Below are positions 30,285-39,737 of a stretch of DNA of 64,000 nucleotides, piece after piece (the stretch's first letter is position 1; each line of letters opens with the position of its first letter). The notes below the pieces were generated by a model that was not told the DNA's origin, searched no databases, and saw nothing but the letters and a program-made list of their open reading frames with translations. Both the position numbers and the translations under genes were made by a program. The stretch is from Candidatus Thorarchaeota archaeon (GTDB lineage: Archaea; Asgardarchaeota; Thorarchaeia; Thorarchaeales; Thorarchaeaceae), in contig JAWOEX010000013.1 of assembly GCA_046482545.1 (NCBI GenBank), forward strand, positions 1 to 64,000, written 5' to 3'.

Positions 30285-31439
30285 TCATTCCACCTCGATA
30301 TCTTCTAAGCCTTCAAGCTCTTCGAATAGCTCTTCTTCAATGATAGCTTCCTCAACACCCGGATTGAGAATCCTGAGCATCATGGCATCAGCTTTCTGAA
30401 TGATGTTCTGACGCTTTCTCTCACCAACAGTACCACCAATTCGGACAGCTTGCTTCGTGGGGTCAAGTCCCTCTAGGTCAGCAGGGCGATGAACAAGAAC
30501 TTCTTCATACCCTGAAGGATGAAGCCCGCGTACTTCCTTGGGGGTACGGAAGCCGGCTGATGGCATCTTTATATGCCCCTTCTTCTTTTCACGAATATCA
30601 CTATCGATTCCACGAACCCTTCTCCAAGAATCTTTCACTCTTTTCCAGCGATGAGCTTGGTTATGTCTAAACTTCGGTTTGCGTTCTCTTTTCTTCTTGG
30701 CAATCTTCCAGAGGCGCTCATCAATCTCTGGTTCAGTATCGATTTCAAGGCTAGGCTCTTCTGATATCTCGGCCTCCTTTGGTGGACTCGGTTTCTTCTT
30801 TTTCTTTGGTTCCTTGGGAAGCATCTCCTGAGCCTGTGCAATCATCTCACCAGCTTTGTTCTCGCTTATTCCATCAACCTCGGAAGCGATATTCGCTGCC
30901 TTTGCTGTTGTCAAGTCCTTGAGCGTCTTGTATCCAGCGTCAACCAGTCTATCTCGGAGGGTTGGCCCCACGCCAGATATATCGCTCAATGAGGGTTCTT
31001 TCTTCTCTTTCTTCTTCTTTTTTGGTTTAGGGACAATCTTTTTCGCTTCGGCAATCATCTCACCAGCTTTGCTTTCGCTTATCCCATCAACCTCGGAAGC
31101 AATATTCGCTGCTTTTGCTGTTGTCAAGTCCTTGAGCGTCTTATACCCCGCATCAACCAATCTTTCTTCGAGAGTCGGACCAACACCTGATATATCGTTC
31201 AATGAGGGTTCTTTCTTCTTTTTCTTCTTTTTTGGTTTAGGGACAAGCTTCTTCGCCTGAGTAATAAGGTCCTTAGCTTTGCCCTTGCTGATACCTTTCA
31301 CTTCTGCAAGTTCTTCAGGTTCAGCTTTTGCTAGATTCTTAAGTGAGGAGTAACCGCCTTTGGTCAGTCTCTCTTGTAACGTCGGACCTACTCCGTCCAA
31401 ATCCTTGAGAGTGGGTTCTTCTTTGGAATCTCCTGTCAT
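30285..31439 (-). CDS. rpl32e: 50S ribosomal protein eL32 fused to three N-terminal helix-hairpin-helix repeats
   Basis: C-terminal WRRVRGIDS and RGLHPSG; three L.DI.GVGPTL..RL..AGY repeats separated by poly-Lys linkers. Confidence 0.93.
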   Translation of the reverse strand: MTGDSKEEPTLKDLDGVGPTLQERLTKGGYSSLKNLAKAEPEELAEVKGISKGKAKDLITQAKKLVPKPKKKKKKKEPSLNDISGVGPTLEERLVDAGYKTLKDLTTAKAANIASEVDGISESKAGEMIAEAKKIVPKPKKKKKEKKEPSLSDISGVGPTLRDRLVDAGYKTLKDLTTAKAANIASEVDGISENKAGEMIAQAQEMLPKEPKKKKKPSPPKEAEISEEPSLEIDTEPEIDERLWKIAKKKRERKPKFRHNQAHRWKRVKDSWRRVRGIDSDIREKKKGHIKMPSAGFRTPKEVRGLHPSGYEEVLVHRPADLEGLDPTKQAVRIGGTVGERKRQNIIQKADAMMLRILNPGVEEAIIEEELFEELEGLEDIEVE

Positions 31440-31452
31440 TTTTCTGCCTCCC

Positions 31453-32016
31453 TTACACTATTGATTCTATTTCGTCACCCTTTCTCTTCCTGATAACATA
31501 GATACCGTCCAGGAAGATTCGTCTGTCTTTGTCTCTGATTTTCAGTGATTGCTGAATATTGGCTGCTGTTTGAGAAACGGCTTCGATATCTATTCCACTA
31601 ATGATTACATCATCATCAGTAGTCTCGATTTCCACATCTCCCATTATTCTTGCTCGACGAGGTCCTTGTTCTCCGATGAAATTATTGATGATCACTTCAT
31701 CTCCTGCCTGTTCCACACTTATCGGGAAGTGACTATAGACAATCTTCATCTCGTACGTGTATCCTTTCGTGACACCAATAATCATGTTACGAGTGTGAGC
31801 AATGACAGTACCGACCAATGCCCTCGTCTTCTTACGAGATATCGGAGTTGTAGCTACTAGCTCATTTCCCTCGATGGATATGTCTACAAGTGGTTCTGGG
31901 AATGTTCTTTCAAGACTACCCAGTTCTCCAGTCACCTTGATGGTTTTGCCGTCTACAGTAACATCTGCCTCACTGGGAATTTCTATTCTTTGATCGTATG
32001 CTGCTTCTGTGGACAA
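31453..32016 (-). CDS. rpl6: 50S ribosomal protein uL6
   Basis: YSHFP, NFIGE, DRRIFLDGIY; TTG start. Confidence 0.95.
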   Translation of the reverse strand: MSTEAAYDQRIEIPSEADVTVDGKTIKVTGELGSLERTFPEPLVDISIEGNELVATTPISRKKTRALVGTVIAHTRNMIIGVTKGYTYEMKIVYSHFPISVEQAGDEVIINNFIGEQGPRRARIMGDVEIETTDDDVIISGIDIEAVSQTAANIQQSLKIRDKDRRIFLDGIYVIRKRKGDEIESIV

Positions 32017-32029
32017 TTTCGAACCTCCT

Positions 32030-32422
32030 TCAATATACATAGGCCAGCAATCTTCCGCCAATTCCACGTTTTTTGGCTTCTCGGTGTGTCATCACCCCTT
32101 GAGGGGTAGTGATTATGAGAACTCCATAGTCATAGGCAGGCAAGTATTCTTTCTCAAAATCTTCGTAGCCATCATGCTTGACAGGGAATCTGGGTTTGAT
32201 TACGCCGCACTTGTTTGTACGCCCCATCAATTGTACTCTGAATCTCCCCGCTTTTCCATCGTCAATGCGTTCGAATTCTCCGATGTACCCTGTCATTTGC
32301 AAGACTCGCAATACTCGCTCAATCAAACTTGACGCTGGAGCGATGGATATTTCTGGTTTTCCGACTAATTCCGAGTTGTAAATGGTTGACATCGCATTGG
32401 CCAATGGATCTAGTAATGTCAT
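32030..32422 (-). CDS. rps8: 30S ribosomal protein uS8
   Basis: [29 protein letters not shown]. Confidence 0.97.
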   Translation of the reverse strand: MTLLDPLANAMSTIYNSELVGKPEISIAPASSLIERVLRVLQMTGYIGEFERIDDGKAGRFRVQLMGRTNKCGVIKPRFPVKHDGYEDFEKEYLPAYDYGVLIITTPQGVMTHREAKKRGIGGRLLAYVY

Positions 32423-32438
32423 CTTTCGTCTTACCTCC

Positions 32439-32606
32439 TTAGCTGTATTTGCGGAAACCGAGTTTCTCTGCTACCTCTCTAAAGCAACGTCGGCAAAGAT
32501 TCAGATTATATCGACGAATGATGCCCTGATGTGTACCACAGCGCATACATGTCCTGTTTCCTTTGCCCATCGGCTTATTCTCCTTCTCATCATTGTTCGT
32601 CATCAT
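32439..32606 (-). CDS. rps14: 30S ribosomal protein uS14 (below the ORF-track size cutoff)
   Basis: Manual translation ...[42 protein letters not shown]. Confidence 0.95.
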   Translation of the reverse strand: MMTNNDEKENKPMGKGNRTCMRCGTHQGIIRRYNLNLCRRCFREVAEKLGFRKYS

Positions 32607-32614
32607 CTGTCACC

Positions 32615-33190
32615 TCAGAAGAGGTATGTTCGCTCCCTTTCCTTTTCAAGAATCTCAACACCAAACTTTTGCTTGATGAAAACCATGCTTTCCTCCGGTG
32701 TCAGTCTATGGCGATAGGGTATCTTCTTCTTCCGTTTTCTCCTTCGCTTTATCCTGAAACCTGGTCTCTCTACACATACAGTGATATTCATACCTTGAAT
32801 ACCGAGATTTGGGTCGTATTCGATACCTGGGATATCGATATGCTCCTCTATGCCAAACGCGAAGTTACCGCTTTGGTCCCAATTCTTGATTAGAAGTACA
32901 TTCTCCTTGGCTTCAAGGGCTCTTTTCAAAAAGCGGATGGCCTTATCATGTCGAAGTGTAACTCTAACCGCTATTGGTTCTCTACGGCGTATACCGAATT
33001 CTCGAACGGTTTGTTTTGCCCGTGAGTATGCGGGTTTTTGATCTGTAAGTTTCTCAAGGACAGTCTCCGCCTTCTCTAGCTCGTCTCCGCCACTGGTGCA
33101 CATGTCCACAACTACTTTGGCTATCTTTGGCTGTCTCATTGGATAAGCTTGCCAATCTTCGATGTACAGTTCTTCATGTGGTATACTCAT
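32615..33190 (-). CDS. rpl5: 50S ribosomal protein uL5
   Basis: AKQTVREFGIR, GNFAFGIEEHIDI, YDP. Confidence 0.96.
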   Translation of the reverse strand: MSIPHEELYIEDWQAYPMRQPKIAKVVVDMCTSGGDELEKAETVLEKLTDQKPAYSRAKQTVREFGIRRREPIAVRVTLRHDKAIRFLKRALEAKENVLLIKNWDQSGNFAFGIEEHIDIPGIEYDPNLGIQGMNITVCVERPGFRIKRRRKRKKKIPYRHRLTPEESMVFIKQKFGVEILEKERERTYLF

Positions 33191-33933
33191 CTAGAATCGT
33201 CCCCCAAGCTAATCTCGGGCTTGTCTTCCCCTAATGCAAATATGTAATCTAGGGCCGTTTCAAACCTGTCACCTTGCCTGTCCTGGATTGTGACAGTACT
33301 CGCATGAGTACCGAGCTGTTTCTGAATCTTAACGAGGGTTCCTTCCATGCCAACGTTTTTTCCACGAGTAACGAGTGCAACCACTCCCTCCTTAAGCGGA
33401 ATGACCTTGAGTATGTCTTGGTCCGGTACTGAAATTTTGAGTGTATCATAGCGCGAATACTCAGAGGGATCTTCCCCTTCGGGAAGTAAGATGTTCTTTC
33501 CATCGTGGAGTGTAATCTGAACCCTGCCCCCAGGAGCCATCATCTTTTTCTCAATTCTGCAGATTTTCATCTTTCCTTCTTCATCATCAATCGGATGCAG
33601 TCGAAATCCCCCCCTCGAACGGGGCAAGAGGCGGAATATCTCATCTGAACTTTCAATCTGTACAACATCCATAAGGCCAACGGGAAATCGTGGATCTTTG
33701 CGTATAATTCCATCCACTTTTAATTGCTCACTGGACAGTATTGCCTTTACTTCCCGCATGTTCTGAGCATATTCAAGAACCTCTCTTAGTAACAGGGTTA
33801 ACGTAAGACAGTGTTCCTTTGGATGTGGTCCTGGAATCACCCTTGCAACGAATTTGGTTTCCTTCCTAGGAATAGGCCAGTTCTTCGGCGCTGGCAAACG
33901 TTTCTGGTGCTTTTTTTGTCCTCGGCGTACCAT
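33187..33933 (-). CDS. rps4e: 30S ribosomal protein eS4
   Basis: KHQKRL.AP, PGPH, FPVGLMDV, LHDG.N. Confidence 0.96.
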   Translation of the reverse strand: MVRRGQKKHQKRLPAPKNWPIPRKETKFVARVIPGPHPKEHCLTLTLLLREVLEYAQNMREVKAILSSEQLKVDGIIRKDPRFPVGLMDVVQIESSDEIFRLLPRSRGGFRLHPIDDEEGKMKICRIEKKMMAPGGRVQITLHDGKNILLPEGEDPSEYSRYDTLKISVPDQDILKVIPLKEGVVALVTRGKNVGMEGTLVKIQKQLGTHASTVTIQDRQGDRFETALDYIFALGEDKPEISLGDDSR

Positions 33934-33935
33934 AT

Positions 33936-34319
33936 CTATTCACTCTCCATGCTTCGCATCATTCTCTTCTCTATTCGTTCTTCTCTCTCATCGTCCATTT
34001 CGGGTTGTAGAAGCATGAGATTTGACGGATGAATCGGCACGTTTATCTCGGTACCATCCGCCTTCTCAATTGTTGCACTGTCGAGGTATACTCTCACTTC
34101 TTTGTAATCGAGTCGCTCCACAGTACCCTCTGTTTCTCTGAATCGCCCCCGCATGATTTTAACCAAGTCGCCTTTCTTGAGCTTCATGGATCTAAAACCG
34201 TATTCTTCTCTTAGGAATTCATCCAATCTCACATTGAACATATTCTTGTGTGAATGTATACTGCCCTGATGAATGCGTTTCCGCTGCTTGCTCGGAGATT
34301 TTGGACTGTCTTTTGTCAC
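33936..34319 (-). CDS. rpl24: 50S ribosomal protein uL24
   Basis: PSKQRK, GDLVKIMRG, IHPSNL. Confidence 0.95.
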   Translation of the reverse strand: MTKDSPKSPSKQRKRIHQGSIHSHKNMFNVRLDEFLREEYGFRSMKLKKGDLVKIMRGRFRETEGTVERLDYKEVRVYLDSATIEKADGTEINVPIHPSNLMLLQPEMDDEREERIEKRMMRSMESE

Positions 34320-34330
34320 CTGTATCAACC

Positions 34331-34753
34331 TCACACTATCTTGGATGCAATGGCCGCTACTCGGGGCCACTTGAGAGTCACTTCCTTTGCCATAGGTCCT
34401 CGCAACTCTGAACCCTGTGGTTCTCCACCTGGTTTTACGAGAACGGCTGCATTATCTTCAAACTGAATCCACGACCCATCTGGTCTTCGGTAGGGCTTTC
34501 GCTGCCTGATGATTATTGCTTGAAGCACCTGTTTCCTGAGTTCCTGTTTTCCCTTGATAACACCGACATTCACCAAGTCGCCAATGCCTGCCTTGCCAAT
34601 TTTTCTGACGTTGCCTTTGTAACCGAAAACAGTTATGATTTCCAGCTGCCTAGCTCCTGAATTATCGGCACATAGAAGTCGTGCACCGATAGGGAGTCCC
34701 CTAGCTATTCTCGGCATGAATCTCCTGATTCCTCTCCCAACTTTTCTCGACAT
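34331..34753 (-). CDS. rpl14: 50S ribosomal protein uL14
   Basis: ADNSGA, RQRKPYRR, FEDNAAV. Confidence 0.97.
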   Translation of the reverse strand: MSRKVGRGIRRFMPRIARGLPIGARLLCADNSGARQLEIITVFGYKGNVRKIGKAGIGDLVNVGVIKGKQELRKQVLQAIIIRQRKPYRRPDGSWIQFEDNAAVLVKPGGEPQGSELRGPMAKEVTLKWPRVAAIASKIV

Positions 34754-34756
34754 TGT

Positions 34757-35122
34757 CTACTCCTCCTTGGCTGAAATTGACGGTCGTGCTGACACAACAA
34801 CACATGAAACATTCTTACTCAATGGTCTACACTCGACTACTTTCACCATGTCACCTTTCTTGAGCTTGATACAAGGTGGTAGGTGTGCATGTTTCTTTGT
34901 TCGGCGACGCTCATACCGAGAGTACTTTCTGGCAAGAGATAGGTAATCCATCTGGAAGGTAATCGTGTTGTGCATTTCCGTACTTGTTACAACCCCCTCC
35001 ATGATCCTTCCTCTTACGGGCAAGTGCCCATGAAACGGACAGTTTGGATCGTCACAAACGTCCTCTGGAGGTTCTACCCCGGGAATACCAATATTTCTAA
35101 CTACGTTTTCACCCTTTGCCAT
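34757..35122 (-). CDS. rps17: 30S ribosomal protein uS17
   Basis: CDDPNCPFHG, KYSRYE, ECRPLSK. Confidence 0.96.
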   Translation of the reverse strand: MAKGENVVRNIGIPGVEPPEDVCDDPNCPFHGHLPVRGRIMEGVVTSTEMHNTITFQMDYLSLARKYSRYERRRTKKHAHLPPCIKLKKGDMVKVVECRPLSKNVSCVVVSARPSISAKEE

Positions 35123-35124
35123 GT

Positions 35125-35406
35125 TTACCATCTCCTGAGCCTCTGCTTCATTCGTTCCTCAGGTCGTCCTTGCAGAATCTTTCCGTTGACCCTGACCACT
35201 CCACCATCTGGAAGTGTAAAATCGAATACTGCGGTCTGCTTTGGAATCTTAACCGTGCCAGCAGTAGTTTTCAGTTCCAGTATATTCTTGCTTTCTGTAA
35301 TGACCTGTCCTTTTCTTGAAACCAGGGTCGAATCCGTTGATTCTGTCACATGAGCATCCAATCCCACCAGCTCGTGTCTCACAATGTTTTCGGGTTGAAT
35401 TCTCAT
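35125..35406 (-). CDS. rnp1: RNase P protein subunit Rpp29/Pop4
   Basis: HELVGL, IPK, GRPEER; conserved position after uL29. Confidence 0.92.
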   Translation of the reverse strand: MRIQPENIVRHELVGLDAHVTESTDSTLVSRKGQVITESKNILELKTTAGTVKIPKQTAVFDFTLPDGGVVRVNGKILQGRPEERMKQRLRRW

Positions 35407-35615
35407 CGGGATACCCCCAGTTCTTCTTCTCTTTGAACAGTGAGAATGCGCGCAATAGTTTTCTTCACTTGTCGGATTTGATAGGGATTCTCAGTTCCGC
35501 CACCTGTTGCGACTTCTATACGAAGACTGGAAAGCTGGTCATACAGGTCTTCTAGTCTTCGTTTGCGTTCCTCAGGTGTGAGGTTTCTGATATCTTGAGT
35601 GGTAAGTCTTGCCAT
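35403..35615 (-). CDS. rpl29: 50S ribosomal protein uL29
   Basis: ENP..IR..KKTIARILT. Confidence 0.95.
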   Translation of the reverse strand: MARLTTQDIRNLTPEERKRRLEDLYDQLSSLRIEVATGGGTENPYQIRQVKKTIARILTVQREEELGVSR

Positions 35616-35618
35616 ACG

Positions 35619-36530
35619 CTACTCCTCTTCCTCTGTTTCTTCAGTAGATGGATCGAGATCATCCAGTTCCTCGAGCTCCTCTAGAGTGCTCTCGGTATCT
35701 GCTGCTGATTCTTCTTCCGGTTCTTCTTTAGTGACTTCGGTTTCCTTTTCCTCAGGCACTTCTTGGGCTGGTTCTTCTTCTACGAGTTCCAACTCGTCAA
35801 GCTCTTCAAGTTCACGCAATTCCTCAAGATCAGTAATACCCTCGGGCACCTCTTCGCCCTCTTCAGCCTCTTCCTCTTCCTCCTCCTCTTCTTCAGGTTG
35901 AGCAAGAAGACGAGGCTCTTCTCTCTCCCTATCTTTCGGTTCTTTAACGTGAACCGTACCAGGGAGTTTGGCGTCTGCTTTCATGATTCTGACTTTGATT
36001 CCAATCGAACCAGGCTTCAAAATCGCAGTATCATCCGCTTCATCGACGAATGCTCTAGCTGGTTCACCAGTTTTGGTAATCGTACCTTTCCGAAACTTCT
36101 GATAACGACCGCGCCTGCTTGAGAGCTTGCCTTTTACGATGATTTCACAGCCTTCTGCACCAGCCCGCATTATCCTGTTGATGATCCAGTACACCATTCT
36201 TCTGAATCTGACACCGCGCTCCATTTGTCTAGCAATTCTGGAAGCCATCACCTGTGCGTTGAGCCATGGGTTCTCTATTTCACTAACCTCGACTTGCGGG
36301 TTGTCTATCATAAACTGGGTTTCAAGTGTATACGTCAATTCTCTCACATTTGAACCCCGTCGACCGATTACAACACCTGGCCTCGAGGCGTAAATGATGA
36401 TATCTGTTCTCATGGGTCCTTCCTTGATTTCAAGGCCACCATATCCAGCTGTATTCAGCTCACGGCTTAGAAACTCGTCAATGGTGAGTTTCTTCGCATT
36501 CTGCTCGATGAAATGTTTGATAGCCGACAT
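35619..36530 (-). CDS. rps3: 30S ribosomal protein uS3 with long acidic tail
   Basis: RPGVVIGRRG, GAEGCEIIVKGKL, GIKVRIM, followed by ~90 aa Glu-rich C-terminus. Confidence 0.96.
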   Translation of the reverse strand: MSAIKHFIEQNAKKLTIDEFLSRELNTAGYGGLEIKEGPMRTDIIIYASRPGVVIGRRGSNVRELTYTLETQFMIDNPQVEVSEIENPWLNAQVMASRIARQMERGVRFRRMVYWIINRIMRAGAEGCEIIVKGKLSSRRGRYQKFRKGTITKTGEPARAFVDEADDTAILKPGSIGIKVRIMKADAKLPGTVHVKEPKDREREEPRLLAQPEEEEEEEEEAEEGEEVPEGITDLEELRELEELDELELVEEEPAQEVPEEKETEVTKEEPEEESAADTESTLEELEELDDLDPSTEETEEEE

Positions 36531-36531
36531 T

Positions 36532-36996
36532 TTAGCCAACCTCTTCAAGCACGATTTCGACATGTGACGTGTGTTCAAAGTACTCAGTACTTCTTCCAAA
36601 TGCCCGTTCGATATAGTTCTTGTAGGTTCGGCCCTTTTGTGTGGCTGCATGCTTGATTCTAAGGCGGTCTATGTCGAGACCCTTATGATCTGCATTTGCC
36701 TCTGCGTTGACTAGGACTTCCCTAATCTTCTTCGACGCCTTTACCGGATGTCCGCCTGTGTGCCATTTTTTCATTCCTGAGTGGTGGGCCCCTTTCTTCT
36801 TGTACTTCTTGTATGGAATCCAGGCCTCTTCGTCTATGACCTTGTCAAGAAGGTCGAGAGCATCATGTAACATCTTCCCCCTGATTTCGTTACATATCTC
36901 CACACAATGTTTGGGGGAGCATCTCATGTTTCGACCACTAGCCACGGCTGTCTTATCCGGGTCTAGGCCTATTATGCTATATCCGTAATTGGGCAT
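36532..36996 (-). CDS. rpl22: 50S ribosomal protein uL22
   Basis: SPKH..EIC, NAEANA..KGLD, RAFGR. Confidence 0.96.
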   Translation of the reverse strand: MPNYGYSIIGLDPDKTAVASGRNMRCSPKHCVEICNEIRGKMLHDALDLLDKVIDEEAWIPYKKYKKKGAHHSGMKKWHTGGHPVKASKKIREVLVNAEANADHKGLDIDRLRIKHAATQKGRTYKNYIERAFGRSTEYFEHTSHVEIVLEEVG

Positions 36997-37279
36997 AACG
37001 GTTCACTTCCCGTGTTTTTGACTCCAAAAGGCACACGTCATGTCAACTCGGTGAGCCGACGAGTCATATGGCGCCCTCAACAAGGCATCCATAACCTATC
37101 CGGCAAACGTATACAGGCGGTTCGCGCACGCAGAACAAGCTGCCTGCACTGCTCCTTCGGTTAGTGAATTCTTGTGTTCTAAGAGCGACATGCAGGTGCG
37201 GCAAGAATCTACTTTTAAAGCTTATCAATTAGCGAAACTGACTAATCATGAAACTCACTATGATTGGAATAGAATGCGT

Positions 37280-37669
37280 CTAGGGATTATCTCCGAATTC
37301 CTCCGTTACTCGTCTTAAACGACCACTGGGAATCGAGCTCTCAACTAAATCAATTCCCTTCTGCGTTAGCGTAGCCCTGATGTAATGTACCCCTGCAGAT
37401 CGGATGTAGATGAGATTCTTTTCTTTCAACCGTTTTAGACTACCCAGAACTATCTGTGTTAGTTCATCATCTGTCAGATTAACCCTGCCTGTAGGACTCT
37501 GAATTGTCTCGGTCATTTTCAATATATTCTTCATACTGCTCAATTGCCTTCTGTTGTTATCGTATGGATTTGTGAATAGCCACAACAACACTATAAGGTC
37601 AACTACACTCAAGCCTATGTTTGGGTTTCGCGTAAGCAATCGTTTTGCTACGAGCTCTACCATCGGCAT
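37280..37669 (-). CDS. Hypothetical winged-helix-like protein
   Basis: Intact ORF with a C-terminal L..LKEKNLI....LT.KG wHTH-like pattern. Confidence 0.55.
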   Translation of the reverse strand: MPMVELVAKRLLTRNPNIGLSVVDLIVLLWLFTNPYDNNRRQLSSMKNILKMTETIQSPTGRVNLTDDELTQIVLGSLKRLKEKNLIYIRSAGVHYIRATLTQKGIDLVESSIPSGRLRRVTEEFGDNP

Positions 37670-37720
37670 CGGTCTTCGCTCTCCAATCTCGTAAGTTACC
37701 TATTGAATGAATCGTGTTCA

Positions 37721-38431
37721 CTAGACTAAACTGATTTTGCTTCTACTTGGAGCGAAGATGTGTCCATTCCGCATCAGCTTTTCAAGTGACGATTCGACTG
37801 ATGATTCGGATACTCCTTTCTGATGAAAGTATTTGATGATATCATCTAAATTCGCGGACCCATCTCGTTCTCTCAACATCTCTACTATCTCATCTGAAAC
37901 ATCGACGTCTCTCTTTGTTGATTCCTCATCATCTTCAATTCTTCCTACCATCTGAACAGACCACGGTCTGGGAAAGATAAGATTCCCCTCATTAGACATT
38001 TTGCTAATCTGTTCCTCAACCCACGACCATTCCAACTTGTACTCCTCACAGAGTTTCTCAATACGTTCCAACGAACAGGCCTGTCCCTTGGCTTCTTTCG
38101 CCAGCATTTTGAGGAGCCGGCGTCGTTTTCCAGTGCTTGGTGGTGGTTCTTCATCTGTTTCCAGATCCTCTACCGTTAGTCTTTCTGCAGGCATCAGGGC
38201 CTTGACCCGTTTCTTCGACTTCTCAACCGCTGCATGGAATTCCTCATCTCCCCCAGCATTATATTCTCTAACAGCTGCGGATGCCCTATCATGACCGTCA
38301 AACACAGTTTTCAATGCCTTCCTGATGTCAATTATTTTTCCGCAGTAGCTACACCTTCTCTTCTTCTGCCCCACCGGTGCCAGAGTGAAATGATGGCACT
38401 TGGGACATGCGAAAACGAAGTAGGATTTCAC
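37721..38431 (-). CDS. Zinc-ribbon (DUF1922-like) protein with two winged-helix-like domains
   Basis: CPKC...CSYCG at the N-terminus; two x.LMxxG.IF.P motifs. Confidence 0.65.
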   Translation of the reverse strand: MKSYFVFACPKCHHFTLAPVGQKKRRCSYCGKIIDIRKALKTVFDGHDRASAAVREYNAGGDEEFHAAVEKSKKRVKALMPAERLTVEDLETDEEPPPSTGKRRRLLKMLAKEAKGQACSLERIEKLCEEYKLEWSWVEEQISKMSNEGNLIFPRPWSVQMVGRIEDDEESTKRDVDVSDEIVEMLRERDGSANLDDIIKYFHQKGVSESSVESSLEKLMRNGHIFAPSRSKISLV

Positions 38432-38475
38432 TGAACCATCTCCTTACTAGTAAGCTCTTGTAATGCTTTCGATTT

Positions 38476-38512
38476 ATAACCTGTTTCTTATAGTTGAGTG
38501 AAACCAACTGAG
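38476..38512. repeat. Dispersed 37 bp hairpin repeat matching the end of the 61300 element
   Basis: ATAACCTGTTTCTTATAGTTGAGTGAAACCAACTGAG. Confidence 0.8.
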
Positions 38513-38683
38513 CCAATCTGTTTTCATATGAAGGTTATCTTAGTCTTACAGCAATTTTGCACTCTGGTACGTCAATCCACTTCTCTCGAGGGAGCTATTA
38601 ATCCTCTTCAATTGTCATCAAATTATCTTACATGAATATCGTTATATCGTAAACGCTCTCCAAGCTACTTGGAGAATTCTTCG

Positions 38684-38905
38684 ATGCCAAAACGCGCAAA
38701 AAGGATAGTCATTGATGAAGAACTGTGCAAAGGCTGTCACATATGCATCTCTGTTTGTCCGCAGAATGTCCTAGAGAAGTCAGATGAGGTGGACAACAGA
38801 GGATTTTTTCTTCCTGAAGTGAAGGATTTCCAATCCTGCATCGTATGCAGGTTATGCGAGATGGAATGTCCCGATTTTGCAATTTCGGTTATAGAAGAGA
38901 AATAG
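38684..38905 (+). CDS. 2[4Fe-4S] ferredoxin (2-oxoacid oxidoreductase delta-like)
   Basis: CKGCHICISVCP and CIVCRLCEMECPDFAI. Confidence 0.9.
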   Translation: MPKRAKRIVIDEELCKGCHICISVCPQNVLEKSDEVDNRGFFLPEVKDFQSCIVCRLCEMECPDFAISVIEEK

Positions 38906-39020
38906 ACCAATTTTCGTGACTCATAACTTGTTAAGTTCCTTTTAAGGATAGAACTTAACTATAATATTACACCATCTGATATATTCATAACGAGATTGTC
39001 TCTTTTCGTACAATCGGCAG

Positions 39021-39614
39021 GTGCTCAAATTGGCAGAACGCAATGTTCAAGCACTCTTGGATCTCAAAAGTGACCTCAAAGAACAGCTTGAGGAGGCGAG
39101 GGCGACTGTAGAACGGCTTGAGTCATACCTTGACGCTATTGACTCCATTATAGGAAAAGGCAGCTTTACGACTGCAGCCTCCGCATTTGCAGCCAAAGAG
39201 CCACCTTCTGGAACCCTCGAACAGATGGAGTCCACAGCGAAGACTGAAGCCGAAGATGAGGAATTCAGGACTATTGAAGTGATGGATAAGGCGGGAGAGA
39301 AAGATCTTGCAACGATTGAACTGCAAGGTAATACATTGGATATTCTTCCAGCTGAACATGCGCTTTATGATATTAAGAAGGGAGCATTTGCCCGTTTCTT
39401 TGTTGAACGGATTCTGGGCCAGTTTCAGCAGAGCGACAGAAAGAGAGTTGAAGAAGGCGAGATTGATTGGGAACAAGCATTCGATTTCGAAGTGCATGCT
39501 GATGATGGCATCCTTGAAGAGATAATCATTCGTAACTATGGCGATAAGAGTCGCTTGGCGGAAATACAGAATACACTGCGATGGGCGCTTGAGAAAATCT
39601 ATAGACCCCGCTAA
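39021..39614 (+). CDS. Hypothetical protein with N-terminal coiled coil
   Basis: 197 aa ORF with plausible protein composition. Confidence 0.7.
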   Translation: MLKLAERNVQALLDLKSDLKEQLEEARATVERLESYLDAIDSIIGKGSFTTAASAFAAKEPPSGTLEQMESTAKTEAEDEEFRTIEVMDKAGEKDLATIELQGNTLDILPAEHALYDIKKGAFARFFVERILGQFQQSDRKRVEEGEIDWEQAFDFEVHADDGILEEIIIRNYGDKSRLAEIQNTLRWALEKIYRPR

Positions 39615-39737
39615 GCGGGAATTCATAGTTTAAAACGCGCCTTCCAACTCACCCTCTGTTTCCTATGCAAAAATGATATAACTCCCAACACTGTCTTTTG
39701 TGGTGAGCAGCTTTGAGAGACGCGGAGTGCCAGAAAT

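Noticed and set aside
23821-38512. 37-bp repeats read as a CRISPR array
   Set aside because: The copies are single and kilobases apart, with no spacers or cas genes.
38474-38540. Integron attC site (TAAC...GTTA)
   Set aside because: Internal palindromy is poor, there is no cassette array or integrase, and the other copies lack the closing box.
38930-38960. Inverted repeat GTTAAGTTC/GAACTTAAC read as an element copy
   Set aside because: Similarity to the dispersed motif is too short; a terminator or operator is more likely.
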